A stretch of 62,843 nucleotides of DNA, counting the filler, from Perkinsus olseni (lineage: Eukaryota), in assembly GCA_013115125.1 (NCBI GenBank). It is 35 parts of 35 records of this genome, joined end to end, with 100 filler letters (N's around TTAATTAATTAA, not from the genome) between each part and the next. Parts side by side here need not be neighbours in the genome. Positions count along the whole stretch, not along the records: positions 11,016 to 12,744 come from JABANN010001768.1; positions 12,845 to 14,569 come from JABANN010001769.1; positions 14,670 to 16,391 come from JABANN010001770.1; positions 16,492 to 18,212 come from JABANN010001771.1; positions 18,313 to 20,033 come from JABANN010001772.1; positions 20,134 to 21,853 come from JABANN010001773.1; positions 21,954 to 23,671 come from JABANN010001774.1; 28 more parts are not named here. The stretch is one strand, 5' to 3'. Under the pieces are notes generated by a model. It saw only the letters and a program-made list of their open reading frames with translations. It ran no database searches and had not been told where the DNA came from. The translations under genes were made by a program, and so were the position numbers. Shown in pieces: positions 11,648 to 22,650 of this stretch. The first letter of the stretch is position 1; the number at the start of each line of letters is the position of its first letter.

Positions 11648-12744
11648 CTAAGATGTTAGATAATCTGGCGGCTTGCAGAGGTTGGCGGTGAGAGCACAGA
11701 CGACAGCTCCGATCAGGGAGCCTATCTGCATGCACACCCCAGCATGCTTCAGCACCCCTTCTTCGTTGTAGGGCTTGAGTCGAAGCATTATGGCAGCTTT
11801 AGTGAAGGCTATCGTGCCTCCACCCACTACAGTGATGACAGTGAAAAAGGCAGTACCGGAAGACTTCCCCGCCAGGGGCAGATCCTCGGGAGGGGCATAA
11901 GACAAGTATAGGGTTATGAACCTGAGAATGATAGCATAGGAGGGGGTAGCCTCGAATGACGATCCTCAACAGTGGTGTTGACCCAACCCCAAATTCTGTA
12001 ACACGGGCTGGATCCTGGAAAGGTATTTTTCACGCATAAGATGTGCCAAAAACATCCCGAAGATGAATGAAATACGAACCGTATTTTCCTCGCAAAATGT
12101 GGTACCAGAATCGATGCTGAATGGCAGAATCGACCACCCCCAACTATTACACTTCGATATTCCAGAGAATAACGGCTCCAATCTCAGCACTGGTAACGAA
12201 GCAGTTCTTCCTGTAACGGGTGCCGAGGAGCCAGGCGGCCCCCATGGATGCGACGGGGGCAAAGGCGAAGAGGACGTTCTGAGCTAAACGATAGCCGGAC
12301 GGGTATGCCCTGCCAGCGAAGGGGAGGAATGTGGGAGTTAACGCATTCTGTACGAAGGAGAGCCAGCCAATAAGAAGGTAGAAGCCAAGGAACCGCTTGC
12401 TCTCTCGAGAGAAGAGACTGTGCTCTCGTTGTGATGCTGAGGATGATGACGCAGGGGTGTCGGGGATAGTGGCGTGGGTGGGGTTCAAATCAGTAGGGCA
12501 GGGTCATTATACGAACAAGCCTAAAGGAGTCACATTGACGGTGAGGATCAGCACATGCCCTGATGGGGACTGTGAACGGGGAGCACCGAGTGAACATGAC
12601 CCGACCCTCTCCGAGGACTCTGTTCCCAGTTGGACGGCGGGAGTCGCAACAGCTTTGATGCCTCCCGATTCCGTGCGTGGACTACGGCTGTGCGGCCGGT
12701 TGTCAAGAGGCTCATTATTCATGATCCATCCTGAAGTACCCACC
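11648..12744 (-). CDS. SLC52/RFVT riboflavin transporter-like protein, C-terminal exons (upstream tandem copy)
   Basis: NALTPTFLPF..Y...Y and AFTK...GVCMQIGSLIGA match the SLC52 C-terminal helices; interrupted by introns. Confidence 0.72.
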
Positions 12745-12844
12745 NNNNNNNNNNNNNNNNNNNNNNNNNNNNNNNNNNNNNNNNNNNNTTAATTAATTAA
12801 NNNNNNNNNNNNNNNNNNNNNNNNNNNNNNNNNNNNNNNNNNNN

Positions 12845-13413
12845 GGACCTGTGCTGTCGGTATTTCTCACGCCGGAGTCTCTCAAGCTCAGAGTCTTTCG
12901 TCTTTAATTCTTCAGCCCTTTGGCCGACCAATTCCCTCATGTCCTTCCCCCTGGCGCCAAGCTTCTCAAGCTGCGCTTCCAGTTCCTCCTGAGGGTACGT
13001 CAGGAACTCGTGGCCGCTGCAGCACGGCCCCGCCCACCACGACTAAATCATGCTGGGAGCGTACGTGCTCCAACTTGACGGCCATCTCGACATCCACGAG
13101 GTCAAGACGGTTTGCAGCGAGAGCTGCCACCTCCAGGGAACGGCACAGGCGGCGAATGCATGAATCATACTCACTGGAAGAGGGGATGAGTAAAATCAGT
13201 CCATGGTCGCGACTGGTGCCGGTGAGTCGTCAACATCAGAGCCGAACTGATGTTCCGCTGTGAAGATAGCGCAAAATGATCGAGAAATTCATTCTGCGAG
13301 AATCTCTATCGCCATTACAACGCACTGGGGGGCCGAGTACGGCTCAGAACAGCCCCTTACCCCTTGATGAGACACAGTAGAGGCCTCATGGTAGGCAGAT
13401 GATCCACCAGCCA
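12845..13413 (-). CDS. Hypothetical coiled-coil protein, 5' exons
   Basis: Exon-like segments EYDSCIRRLCRSLEVAAL... and EELEAQLEKL...ELERLRREK bounded by GT/AG. Confidence 0.4.
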
Positions 13414-13543
13414 TCCGAAGGCATCATCCAGTGCCGCTACCCGGCTGGCCAGGACCATCGGAGAGAGCGACTCGTGGATTCAACTCAGAAACAGTAAAAA
13501 GGGGGCGAAACCACCGTACAGAGAGCTTAACGTGGATAAGGAA

Positions 13544-14569
13544 CTACAGTAGTTTCAAGTGTCCGGTCACTTCATTAATCGCACTCTCGGGACCTGGGCC
13601 GAAGGCTGCCACGGTTTTTGACCCGGCAGCGATCTGCGTCCGACCGGCATCGCGAATAGTGCTGACGAGTAGGCCAGCATCCCGACCAGCAGCCACGACC
13701 TCGTTTAACACCTCCTCGTTTGGTACCTAGTAGAATAACAGAGGTTGCACGAAAGGAGTGGTATGCACGCACGCACATGGGGTAGGAAGAGCCGCAACTA
13801 CTATTACAGAGCCGCTAGTTGCCGTTGAAACTGTATACCGTGTAATGCTACAGAGCAATAAGTTGTGTCGGGGCGTTTGACAATACCATTCAGCTGCATC
13901 TTGCGCACCATCAGCCATTTCCCATCATACCAAGCTACCGTCTAGCTATTCACTAGCTACTTACATCGCTACCACATTCACTCTGACAGCGTCCCACATA
14001 TTTGATGAGGTTTCGCATGATATTCATCGCGAGCAATGAATAACACGACACGCTTGCGGAGAGCGTATCGTGTTTCGGAAAGCGGCTCTACCTATTCCGT
14101 GTGCCAGCCCCACCTTCACGACGACCTTCCTCTGGCCACCGTTCTCCCAGGCGTCTCTGACTCGATCCCAGTAGGCATCACTCGCAGAGTCTCCGGCTGA
14201 GAACGGAGCGATGGAATAGAGAAGGCGGTTTAAGACGGATCGTTACTTGGAGTACAGAGCTTCTGGTAGCTTCTAACTGCCGCATGACAACACTGAGCTG
14301 CAATCTAACAGGGGAGAGCATAAGTCTGATCACCAGACGAGCCAGGTTCGAATCAAACTCATGTCATCTCTCTCGGAGATGCAATAAATCCTTCTACAAT
14401 CAAACAGCCCTAGAGAGCCAGTTTTAAGCCGACCTCCGCGCCCGAACACGTGCCAAACGCTCCAACCGTGTGATGAACAAGTCAGGACTTCACTCCACTT
14501 AGTTCCTTCAAAAGCGATGGTTCGACATCCCGGGTTCAATTCCCAGCCCCCTCATTTTACCTTTCCTTT
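13544..14569 (-). CDS. PTH2: Peptidyl-tRNA hydrolase 2, 5'-truncated; exons 14569-14561, 14304-14247, 14196-14114, 13726-13544
   Basis: Spliced product KGK/IAAQCCHAAV...W...GGQRKVVVK/VPNEEVL...IRDAGRTQIAAGSKTVAAFGPGP...VTGHLKLL*. Confidence 0.93.
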
Positions 14570-14755
14570 NNNNNNNNNNNNNNNNNNNNNNNNNNNNNNN
14601 NNNNNNNNNNNNNTTAATTAATTAANNNNNNNNNNNNNNNNNNNNNNNNNNNNNNNNNNNNNNNNNNNNGATGGGGCCGAACTAACGTCGCTGGGGCCAA
14701 GGCTCGAGCGAAAGCTCTGCAGTGGACCACCGTCCCTCTTTTCATCATCCCAATA

Positions 14756-15733
14756 ATGATCGTCCCGAGACTTTCCGTCATCAATACATTCTGGTATGTT
14801 GGTATGGGCTGTCTTTTCGTATATCCTGCCTGGAGCCAGGAGTACAGAGAACAAGAACTCTTGTACGTTGAAGTTGATGATGGAGTGCAGTTCCTTCTCG
14901 TGCCGTACAACGACCCAGCGGTCGACAATGGTCATGATTCCGAGCGTCTTGGTTTAACCAGGACTCTTTATTCTCACGAGAATGGGGCCAAATCTCGCGA
15001 TAGAAAACCCAAGAAGCGGAGCTTCCATTCCTTTGACTTCATACCGCACAACACCTGGACCAACAACAACACGGCCCCAACCAAGGCTACGATTCTGCGG
15101 CTAGACCGTGGGGAGACCTCCGAATACAGTGCAAATGTCGTCTGGGACGGACACTGTTTCGATAACATCAAGCTATATGCAACTTCGTTCGCTTCGGATC
15201 GCAGAACCGTGAGTGAGGAAGTGTCTGCACTTGTGAAGCAAGAGCTAGAGCAAGCTTGCAAGAAAGGTTTCACGGGCCTCAACCCATCCCCTAGATTGAC
15301 GGAACTGCATGGCATCTACTCGGGCCAGAGGCAGAACACGGAGATCGAGCTGAAGTTCCGCGACGGTGTGATCAAAAAAGCAGATCTTGTTGTTGATGAG
15401 TTCGGCAAGAAGGACCCGGTTGTATCGTTCTGGCCCGTCTGCGATGGGATACTGTCTGTTGTCACGAAGTCTCCTGACGCACAGCAGTCAGCGGTCACTG
15501 TGATACTCGAGAGATCCACTGGCGAGAGGACGGCAAGCTGGAGAAAGAAGCTTCTTTCGTTCAAGAAAGGCAGGGAAGAACTTGCTGGTGATTCATCACC
15601 TGCCCTATGCAATATGAGAGACCATGGCAGGAGGAGGATCAATCGCAACAGACTCCACGATTGGGATGTCAATCTGCCCGAAGGATATGTCCTAGAGAAG
15701 AGAACTACTGATGTGAAAGTTCGACGTCTTTAG
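14756..15733 (+). CDS. Hypothetical, probably secreted protein (325 aa)
   Basis: Intronless ORF with a signal-peptide-like N-terminus; no recognised domain. Confidence 0.6.
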   Translation: MIVPRLSVINTFWYVGMGCLFVYPAWSQEYREQELLYVEVDDGVQFLLVPYNDPAVDNGHDSERLGLTRTLYSHENGAKSRDRKPKKRSFHSFDFIPHNTWTNNNTAPTKATILRLDRGETSEYSANVVWDGHCFDNIKLYATSFASDRRTVSEEVSALVKQELEQACKKGFTGLNPSPRLTELHGIYSGQRQNTEIELKFRDGVIKKADLVVDEFGKKDPVVSFWPVCDGILSVVTKSPDAQQSAVTVILERSTGERTASWRKKLLSFKKGREELAGDSSPALCNMRDHGRRRINRNRLHDWDVNLPEGYVLEKRTTDVKVRRL

Positions 15734-17131
15734 TAGGCATTCTCTGCTCAAGACATTGTTACAACTGGCTCTCCTGTCAACCATCTATTCCCCATCACTT
15801 CCAGTATTTATGAGTTGGTTTATTCAGCGCCGTCGTGGGCTTTTCAGCATCGTCTTTATCTCTTGTTGTTTACCATGTTCTGTGACAGCGGCGTGAGGCA
15901 GCCGCCGCACGCGCGACTTGACCAAGTTGCTTATGGTTTGCGTTGTGAATCACAGCTTGTGATCCCTTGGGCAACATTGTTTCCCGGTGTGAGGAACTCA
16001 TACATTACGCAGTGGGTGTTGCACTAATTGATCTATATGTTCCTGGCGTTGCTGATACCGTATCAGACCTGTCACCTCAGCTCGGACTCCATGCCCATGT
16101 CTGAAAATCTGTGTAACTTATGCGTTCGTTATGATCTGTCTCAATTTCACCGTGAAGTATTCGTCTGGTTTCGGTGACGATTTTTCGTCTGGTTTCCGTC
16201 AGCGCGGTCGCATAGAGAAGGCTATGCTATGACAGTAGCATAGCCTCAAATCCCATTCCAAATCATACCATAATTATCATAGTGTCGTTTTGAAGAATTC
16301 TGATATGGTCCCCTCGGGTCCTCCATCATTCACTAATGCATTCCGGTTTGTCGGCTACTGTTGTCTACTACTCTGTCCCACCGGATCTTCTNNNNNNNNN
16401 NNNNNNNNNNNNNNNNNNNNNNNNNNNNNNNNNNNTTAATTAATTAANNNNNNNNNNNNNNNNNNNNNNNNNNNNNNNNNNNNNNNNNNNNCTCAGCATC
16501 CCGTTCTAGACCTTCCAAGAACTATGACCGCTCCCGGCACCTCCGAAGAATGTGTATCTTCCATGTAGGGTATGACGTAGGCATGGCCTCGCTTCCCTTC
16601 CTGGTCGATCTGGCATGAGTCATCGTTCGTCTTCTTAAGTACCCCTTGCTGAGACGAAAGTGATTCATACTTCCACTACGGTGGCATCTCCGACAAGAAC
16701 AACCTATCTTTCAACATTTGCAGTCGAGGATCAATCTTGTCGCAGGGAGAATTTCCCTCCTCTGCCTCGTTCTCACCTTCCTCTGCTACCACTGCTCGAG
16801 GGCGTGCTCGGTGTGAGCCTCGAACCGAGAGGCTCGAACTTTGAGCATCCATGGTATTCTTCGCATGATTGCGCGTGGGGGTCCGCGACGACGAGCGGTC
16901 TACCGCGCACACTCTACCCAATAGTGTTTGAGAGAGTCAGAGGCGCCTGTACTGAACGACGGTGGCAACCGTCCCCACTGCTTACTAACTACAAGCACGT
17001 TTTTGCGTTCTGTGCCTTAAACTCGCACGCCATAGGTTGCATAGCCGATTGATTATGCGCTGAGTTATAGTAGGTGCAGCCTCCTTCAAGGTTCTCAGTT
17101 ACCCCTTCAAGGTTTCCTCGAATCCTCAAAG

Positions 17132-18004
17132 ATGCTCGTCAGTTGGTCCGTCGCTCTGCTCTCCCTCGCCGAAGCAATCGTGAGCAGCCTCGAGAGTGCT
17201 CACGGAGCGCCCTCTCTCGCTAGTATCGACGATTTGGTGGTGACACCTGGACTGATCAATGCCCTGAAGGCGCTAGAAGCCTATTGGGTTAAGGTGGACG
17301 AGGAGCGAGTTGCCTCGTTCAGCGTTGGCCCCCAGCTAGCATCGGTCTCGGCTGATGGAAGTTTCGCATTCCCGCCCAGTTGTACCCCACTGGTGAAGCC
17401 GGCAAACTACTCCTACTGCTTCCACGGTAATCGCACCCATAATGGCAACAACAAGAATATTACCGCTATAGTCGACTTCTTCGATGTCAACGACCCCAAG
17501 GACAACACCGTTATCGGCTTTGCAGCTGAGTACGCGGGCGCAACCGCTCGCGGCCTAGAGGCTTACGCAGGCGGCGAGGCAGAGCTGATGATGGTTGGCA
17601 ACAAGTCGTATGCCGGGGCAGCCGTCTATCTGAAGACCTACGACGTGGAACTGCCCCAGCCCGGCATGCTCGGTGCTTTGCAGAACAGCTTTATAGCCGA
17701 ACCTCACATAAAATTCTACGCCTACCACTATGAGATTTTGGACGTAGAAGGTGGTCCAGTGCCAACTAGCTACGTGTATGCCAAGAAATCTGTGAACGTC
17801 GGCTTCAACGTTTCAGCGGGCATCGAGAGATCTGTTAAATTCGGAAGCGTTGGTGCTTCCTTACACTTGACTCTGAATACCGTCAAGGGCAACGACAGCA
17901 GATGGCTACTTGACGGGGTCGGAAAGGTGACTTTCAAGCTTGCTAGTATCCTCAATTTGAACCTCCCTATTCACTACTTGCAGCAGGAGATTGTGATACC
18001 GTAA
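17132..18004 (+). CDS. Hypothetical secreted beta-rich protein (290 aa)
   Basis: Signal peptide MLVSWSVALLSLAEA; intronless; several N-glycosylation sequons. Confidence 0.7.
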   Translation: MLVSWSVALLSLAEAIVSSLESAHGAPSLASIDDLVVTPGLINALKALEAYWVKVDEERVASFSVGPQLASVSADGSFAFPPSCTPLVKPANYSYCFHGNRTHNGNNKNITAIVDFFDVNDPKDNTVIGFAAEYAGATARGLEAYAGGEAELMMVGNKSYAGAAVYLKTYDVELPQPGMLGALQNSFIAEPHIKFYAYHYEILDVEGGPVPTSYVYAKKSVNVGFNVSAGIERSVKFGSVGASLHLTLNTVKGNDSRWLLDGVGKVTFKLASILNLNLPIHYLQQEIVIP

Positions 18005-18312
18005 AATCATACGCTTTAATGCATACCATACATCCATTCATTTTGACAGTGATGATTATTTACGAGGATGTGTATCACCTTAAACGCTCCGCATTGATCT
18101 AGCGAGTAGTCGGCAAGCTCGTTCTGGACCAGTGTCGGAAATCCTCATTCTGGATGTGGCCATGGTTTGGTGGCTGACCCATGAAGGGCTGCGCATCACC
18201 TGTCTACCTGTTNNNNNNNNNNNNNNNNNNNNNNNNNNNNNNNNNNNNNNNNNNNNTTAATTAATTAANNNNNNNNNNNNNNNNNNNNNNNNNNNNNNNN
18301 NNNNNNNNNNNN

Positions 18313-18494
18313 TCAGTGACCTCGGCAATGCAGTACTCTAGCGTTGAGTCACCCTCCTCCTCCTCATCCTTTTCGTGCCCTGTGCGGGTAGGCAGCAAGC
18401 CACGCGCCGCACAAAAGACACATGGCGAGTCCCGAGCTACGATTCTAGCGCACCGTGGACACCGTCTAAGCACACGCTTCCTTTTCGGGGGCAT
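18313..18494 (-). CDS. N-terminus of a protein with an NLS and a small C4 zinc motif, truncated
   Basis: MPPKRKR...CPRC...CVFC followed by an acidic run. Confidence 0.4.
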
Positions 18495-19952
18495 GCTTGT
18501 ATGAGCAAGGGGAATATTGACTGAACCAGCAACAACAAGAGAGGATAACACGTGAGCTCGCCTCGTTGCCAGCGCGGCGAGGTTGGTGGGTAGGGTATTG
18601 ATAATCGTGATTCACGATTATCTCTTCGAGGGTAGCTCGTAAAAGTGTGCAGGCTATACCGGCAGGGTATAGCCTGTAATACTGGAACGGAATTCTGGTG
18701 TTGAAGGCGATGCTTCGAAGTATAGGGTTAGCTGGTCTAATGCTGTGCTGATGGCAAACTTGTTCGGCTCATCCAAAGACGCCGTGGTCTCGCACTGCAA
18801 TTCCACAGAGCGCTCAGGAAAGATCTCAAATAGTAAGGCCGGCGCACCGCCTGTGGCGATATGTTGAGAGCTGAGCTTGAACAGCTCGTTAATCGACTCG
18901 CGAAAATGCCTCTGACCCACTCGATCCTATCGACGTCTACCGAGCATTCATTATCCCAGGTGCCGCTCTAGGGCAGCTGGCCGTGTGTGTGAGTCGTTGT
19001 ACGGCTATAGCGGAAGCTGATCATAGGCTATGAGAGGACGAGGCTTGATAACGAGGGCTCCGAGGCTGGATCTGAATTTTGGCTCTAGCTGAGAGCTGTA
19101 AGGCGGGGAGGGACTGCCTGCATCAGATCAGCTGAGTCACTTAAATTTCCACTCCTGGAGATGAAGTCTGGGCGGGGAACCGTGGCGGAGCTAGTGCTCC
19201 GGTAGTTTGACATGGCCCACGGTGGAGGGGGGGTCCTGCCAAGGGGTGATGAGATGGTTCGGTCTGTTTTCCCGGGTGGTAGCATTTAGACTAGTAGCCG
19301 CATAACTTTATGCTGAGCTCGTGGGCAGTACCATCGAGACGCGTACATCATTCATACTGTCAGAGACAGGCACTGCCTGTCAGGCAGTGTGAAAGTGTGT
19401 CGGTAGTATTGTAGGCCTGCCCAAGGTTAGAGCACTCCTTCGCTCGGACTAACGATATCCTGTCACAAGCGCTGACACATCAAGGTTGGTGGAGTAGCCG
19501 CGGGAAACAAGCCTTGGCGTGGACTTGAGGGCTTCATTTTCTTCACAGAGTTCAGGGTTGTGTTTTGGATCTTCAAAACGTTTACTTTGGGTGTAGGGTC
19601 ACCTGTATTTGGTACCAATCAACCGGAGCACCTTGTCTCTCGAAACGCCCAGCGCTCGAAGCTATCTTGGTTCCATAGATGGAAAAACTCACGTGAACGC
19701 AGAGAGAAGCGAGACTGCAAGTCTCACCAACTACGGGAAAATTTCCGGCACAGCGCTGCTATACTCGTCTTCTACAACCCTTCCCTGGGACCAGTAGCGC
19801 GCCCTTAGAACATCTAATGCCTTTGTAGGCTCAGCAGTAATCCGAGAATGGTCCTACGGAGGAAAACTCTCTCCGCCGAAGGCTGAGTTTCATCGGAATT
19901 ACTTCTCTCAATTTAGTTCGTTCGAACTGCGTCTTGAAATTGCGCGGTTTTC

Positions 19953-20012
19953 CGTAACGTAAGAAAGTTCGTTCGTGGTGAGTCAACCACGAACGAACTT
20001 TCTTACGTTACG
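19953..20012. repeat. Perfect inverted repeat, 27-bp arms with a 6-nt loop
   Basis: cgtaacgtaagaaagttcgttcgtggt-GAGTCA-accacgaacgaactttcttacgttacg. Confidence 0.97.
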
Positions 20013-20133
20013 ACCACTCGACTCGACTCTGCTNNNNNNNNNNNNNNNNNNNNNNNNNNNNNNNNNNNNNNNNNNNNTTAATTAATTAANNNNNNNNNNN
20101 NNNNNNNNNNNNNNNNNNNNNNNNNNNNNNNNN

Positions 20134-20652
20134 AGCTCAAGCTACCCTTCGACGCTCCCTCTGACCAGCACTCTATCCTCGGCATCCTATCTGATGTAGC
20201 ACAGTCACTCATGGCCTCTACTGAGTTTCGTAAGTCATCAACGGAACCCAACCGTGGCCAGCGGCGGGATGACATGAGAGACCGCATCTCCAAGCTCAGC
20301 GACTCCACTCCCAACAACTCCAGGAACAGTCCATCCGGCGCAATTACCGAGGCTCGCCGTCTCCACAAGGAGGCTAATGACTGGGCACGAAAGCAGAACT
20401 TCGTCGTTATCATCATGGGCAAAGCTCTGCGCTCGTCTACCACCACCGACCCCGGGTTCTGCAACGCCCTCTGACGTACGATTCCTGGTCTCTCGTCAGG
20501 GTAAGCGGTACGGGCTCCTAGCCTTCGACTCGAAGGCTGACGCCGAGAAAACCATATCCGAGTACTTCTCCAACAAGGACTCCTACTCACTGGTCAAGCC
20601 TTACGACCCTGACTTCAAGTCAAAAAACGACTATGGGCGTCGCAGTCAGTAG
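20134..20652 (+). mobile_element. gag: gag C-terminus with one internal frameshift, homologous to the gag at 52479-53915
   Basis: Shared motifs LPFD..S(I/V), DR(I/V)..(L/V)SD, W.....V.(I/V).G and terminal SKN. Confidence 0.7.
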
Positions 20653-20688
20653 GCGACTGTCGATTGCCCTTAATCTCTACGCCTACTC
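20622..20688 (+). promoter_or_regulatory. -1 programmed ribosomal frameshift signal: A_AAA_AAC plus an H-type pseudoknot
   Basis: Heptamer 20622-20628 is in gag phase; the -1 frame is open into pol; stem CAGTC/GACTG whose loop AGTAGGC pairs with GCCTACT at 20681-20687. Confidence 0.8.
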
Positions 20689-21853
20689 TTACTGTTGCTC
20701 CACCTGAGCCTGACGTCGGGCCGAGGCCTGACCACTTGTCACATGCCCTGACCGACGACCTTGTTGCTGCTGTCGGTGATGGGCAACATCTCCCTGAGAT
20801 CTCTCTCAGTCTGAGACTCTCTCAATCCTCTTCCTCGGAGACCTATGGTGAGTCAGACGACTTGAAAGTCCGAGGAGTACTTGACACCGGTGCTACCAGC
20901 TCCTACATCGTAGTACCGCCAACACTTTCTCTCTCATTTCAGACAGACCCCCTCCCTCAAGCGGTGGCAGTGACCTTAGCTAATGGCAGTCTGGTCAGCA
21001 TCAGCACAAGTATCTCGTGCTCAATCACAGTTCGGGATGTTCGCTCTGGTGAGTATTTCGAAGCGGGTCATCACCGTTTCCGTGTACTCAGCTGCCATGA
21101 ACGACTCCACCGACCCTATTGTCTCCTTGGTAGAGACTTGATTAAGGCTTGGAGTCTCGTCTGTGTTGGCCTCGACTCTGTTACCTTATCCGGTCGGCTG
21201 GTGTATGAAGCTACTCCTACAAGCTCACAACCACAGGACCCCACCTCGCTTGCCACTCTCTACCTGGTGGATGATGCTGATCCTAAGTTGATGGTACCAC
21301 TCCCTCGTGCAGGGGCTCCCACTGATCCCCCTACCCGACTATGCAGTCAGGACAAGAACATTGCCCACGACGTGCTCCAGGCGCTGGCTTCCAAAGGATG
21401 GCGTGATCTCCCCCTGTCGAATGGTTATCGCTGTCGTATCCGTAGACTGTGCCCGGCTGAGCATCTAGACTCGCCACATCAAACACATGTTGGTGAACTC
21501 TTCTTACCGGCATCAACGCCATCGACAAGGCCCACACTCAGAAACTTCGCCACTCCTCTCTTCAAGCGTTTGTCTCCTGACCTCAAGGTAGCCTACAACT
21601 CGATGGTCCAAGATTATGTTGTCAAGAAGTGGTGGGTGCCGGCTCCCTCGGTTACTTCAACTCCGAGTCCCGCACCTGCTGCTAATGTCTTTCTCATCAA
21701 CGGCTCTAAGCGGCCGAGACTCGTCTGCGATCTCCGAGCATGCAATGCATCTTTACCTCGGGCAAGCTCACGAAATCCGGACCTTTGGAAAGTCCTCTCG
21801 ATCATCCGCTTGACCGGTCCGTCAATCATTGTGGGCGCCGATATATCCTCGGC
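20628..21853 (+). mobile_element. pol: pol: aspartic protease and start of a BEL/Pao-like RT
   Basis: VLDTGATSSY, LLGRDLI, RPRLVCDLR, GADISS. Confidence 0.8.
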
Positions 21854-21953
21854 NNNNNNNNNNNNNNNNNNNNNNNNNNNNNNNNNNNNNNNNNNNNTTA
21901 ATTAATTAANNNNNNNNNNNNNNNNNNNNNNNNNNNNNNNNNNNNNNNNNNNN

Positions 21954-22650
21954 CACCGTGAAGGCTCCACTCATCATCTCTCTCGTCGTTGCTATTCAGG
22001 ACGATGACCCTCAGGACACCGCTGTGAGAAGGTCCAACTTCGATGGCGACGCAAGGAAGCGCTACTTGTTCCATGATGACTCCGTCATCGGTGCTCTAGG
22101 TCCCCTGGCCGGTCGTTCTTTGTCGAACGATGCTCTCCGCTTCCTGCAAGGCGGTAACGGTGGTGCTGGAGGTAATGGCGGTAATGGCGGCCCGGCCGGT
22201 CCTGGCGGCAACGGTGGTGCTGGCGGTAATGGTGGTCGCGGCGGCGGCGGTAGCGCTGGCGGGAACGCCGGTGCGGGCGGCCGCGGTGGCGACAATGATG
22301 GGGGTCGCGGTGGTTCTGGCGGCGCTGGCGGTGCCTCCGGCCCCCTCGGCCCTGGCGGCGACGGCGGTGCTGGCGGTAATGGTGGTACTGGCAGCGGCGA
22401 AGGTTCTGGCGGCAACGGTGGTAATGGCGGCAGAGGTGGCGGCAACAGAGGCGGCAGAGGTGGCAATGGCGGCAATGGCGGTATGTACGGCCCCAACGGT
22501 GATGGAGGCGATGGCGGTAATGGCGGCAATGGTGCCAATAATAACGGCGGCAACGGCGGCCCAGGCGGTAGGGGCGGCAATAGCGGTGGCGGGCGCGGCG
22601 GTGATGGTGGCAACGGTGCCCCTAATGGCCGCATTCTCTTATCCGTATGA
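21954..22650 (+). CDS. Secreted glycine-rich repeat protein (GGxGGx, PGRS-like), 5'-truncated
   Basis: About 160 aa of GGNGGAGG/GGRGG repeats after a hydrophobic leader and a basic propeptide-like segment. Confidence 0.75.

Noticed and set aside
13575-13778. HSFR motif suggesting a tyrosine recombinase
   Set aside because: It lies in a PTH2 intron and a shadow frame; the real exon is in another frame.
14525-14554. tRNA T-arm-like CCGGGTTCAATTCCC within a PTH2 intron
   Set aside because: No D-arm, anticodon arm or acceptor 5' strand; at most a B-box-like remnant.
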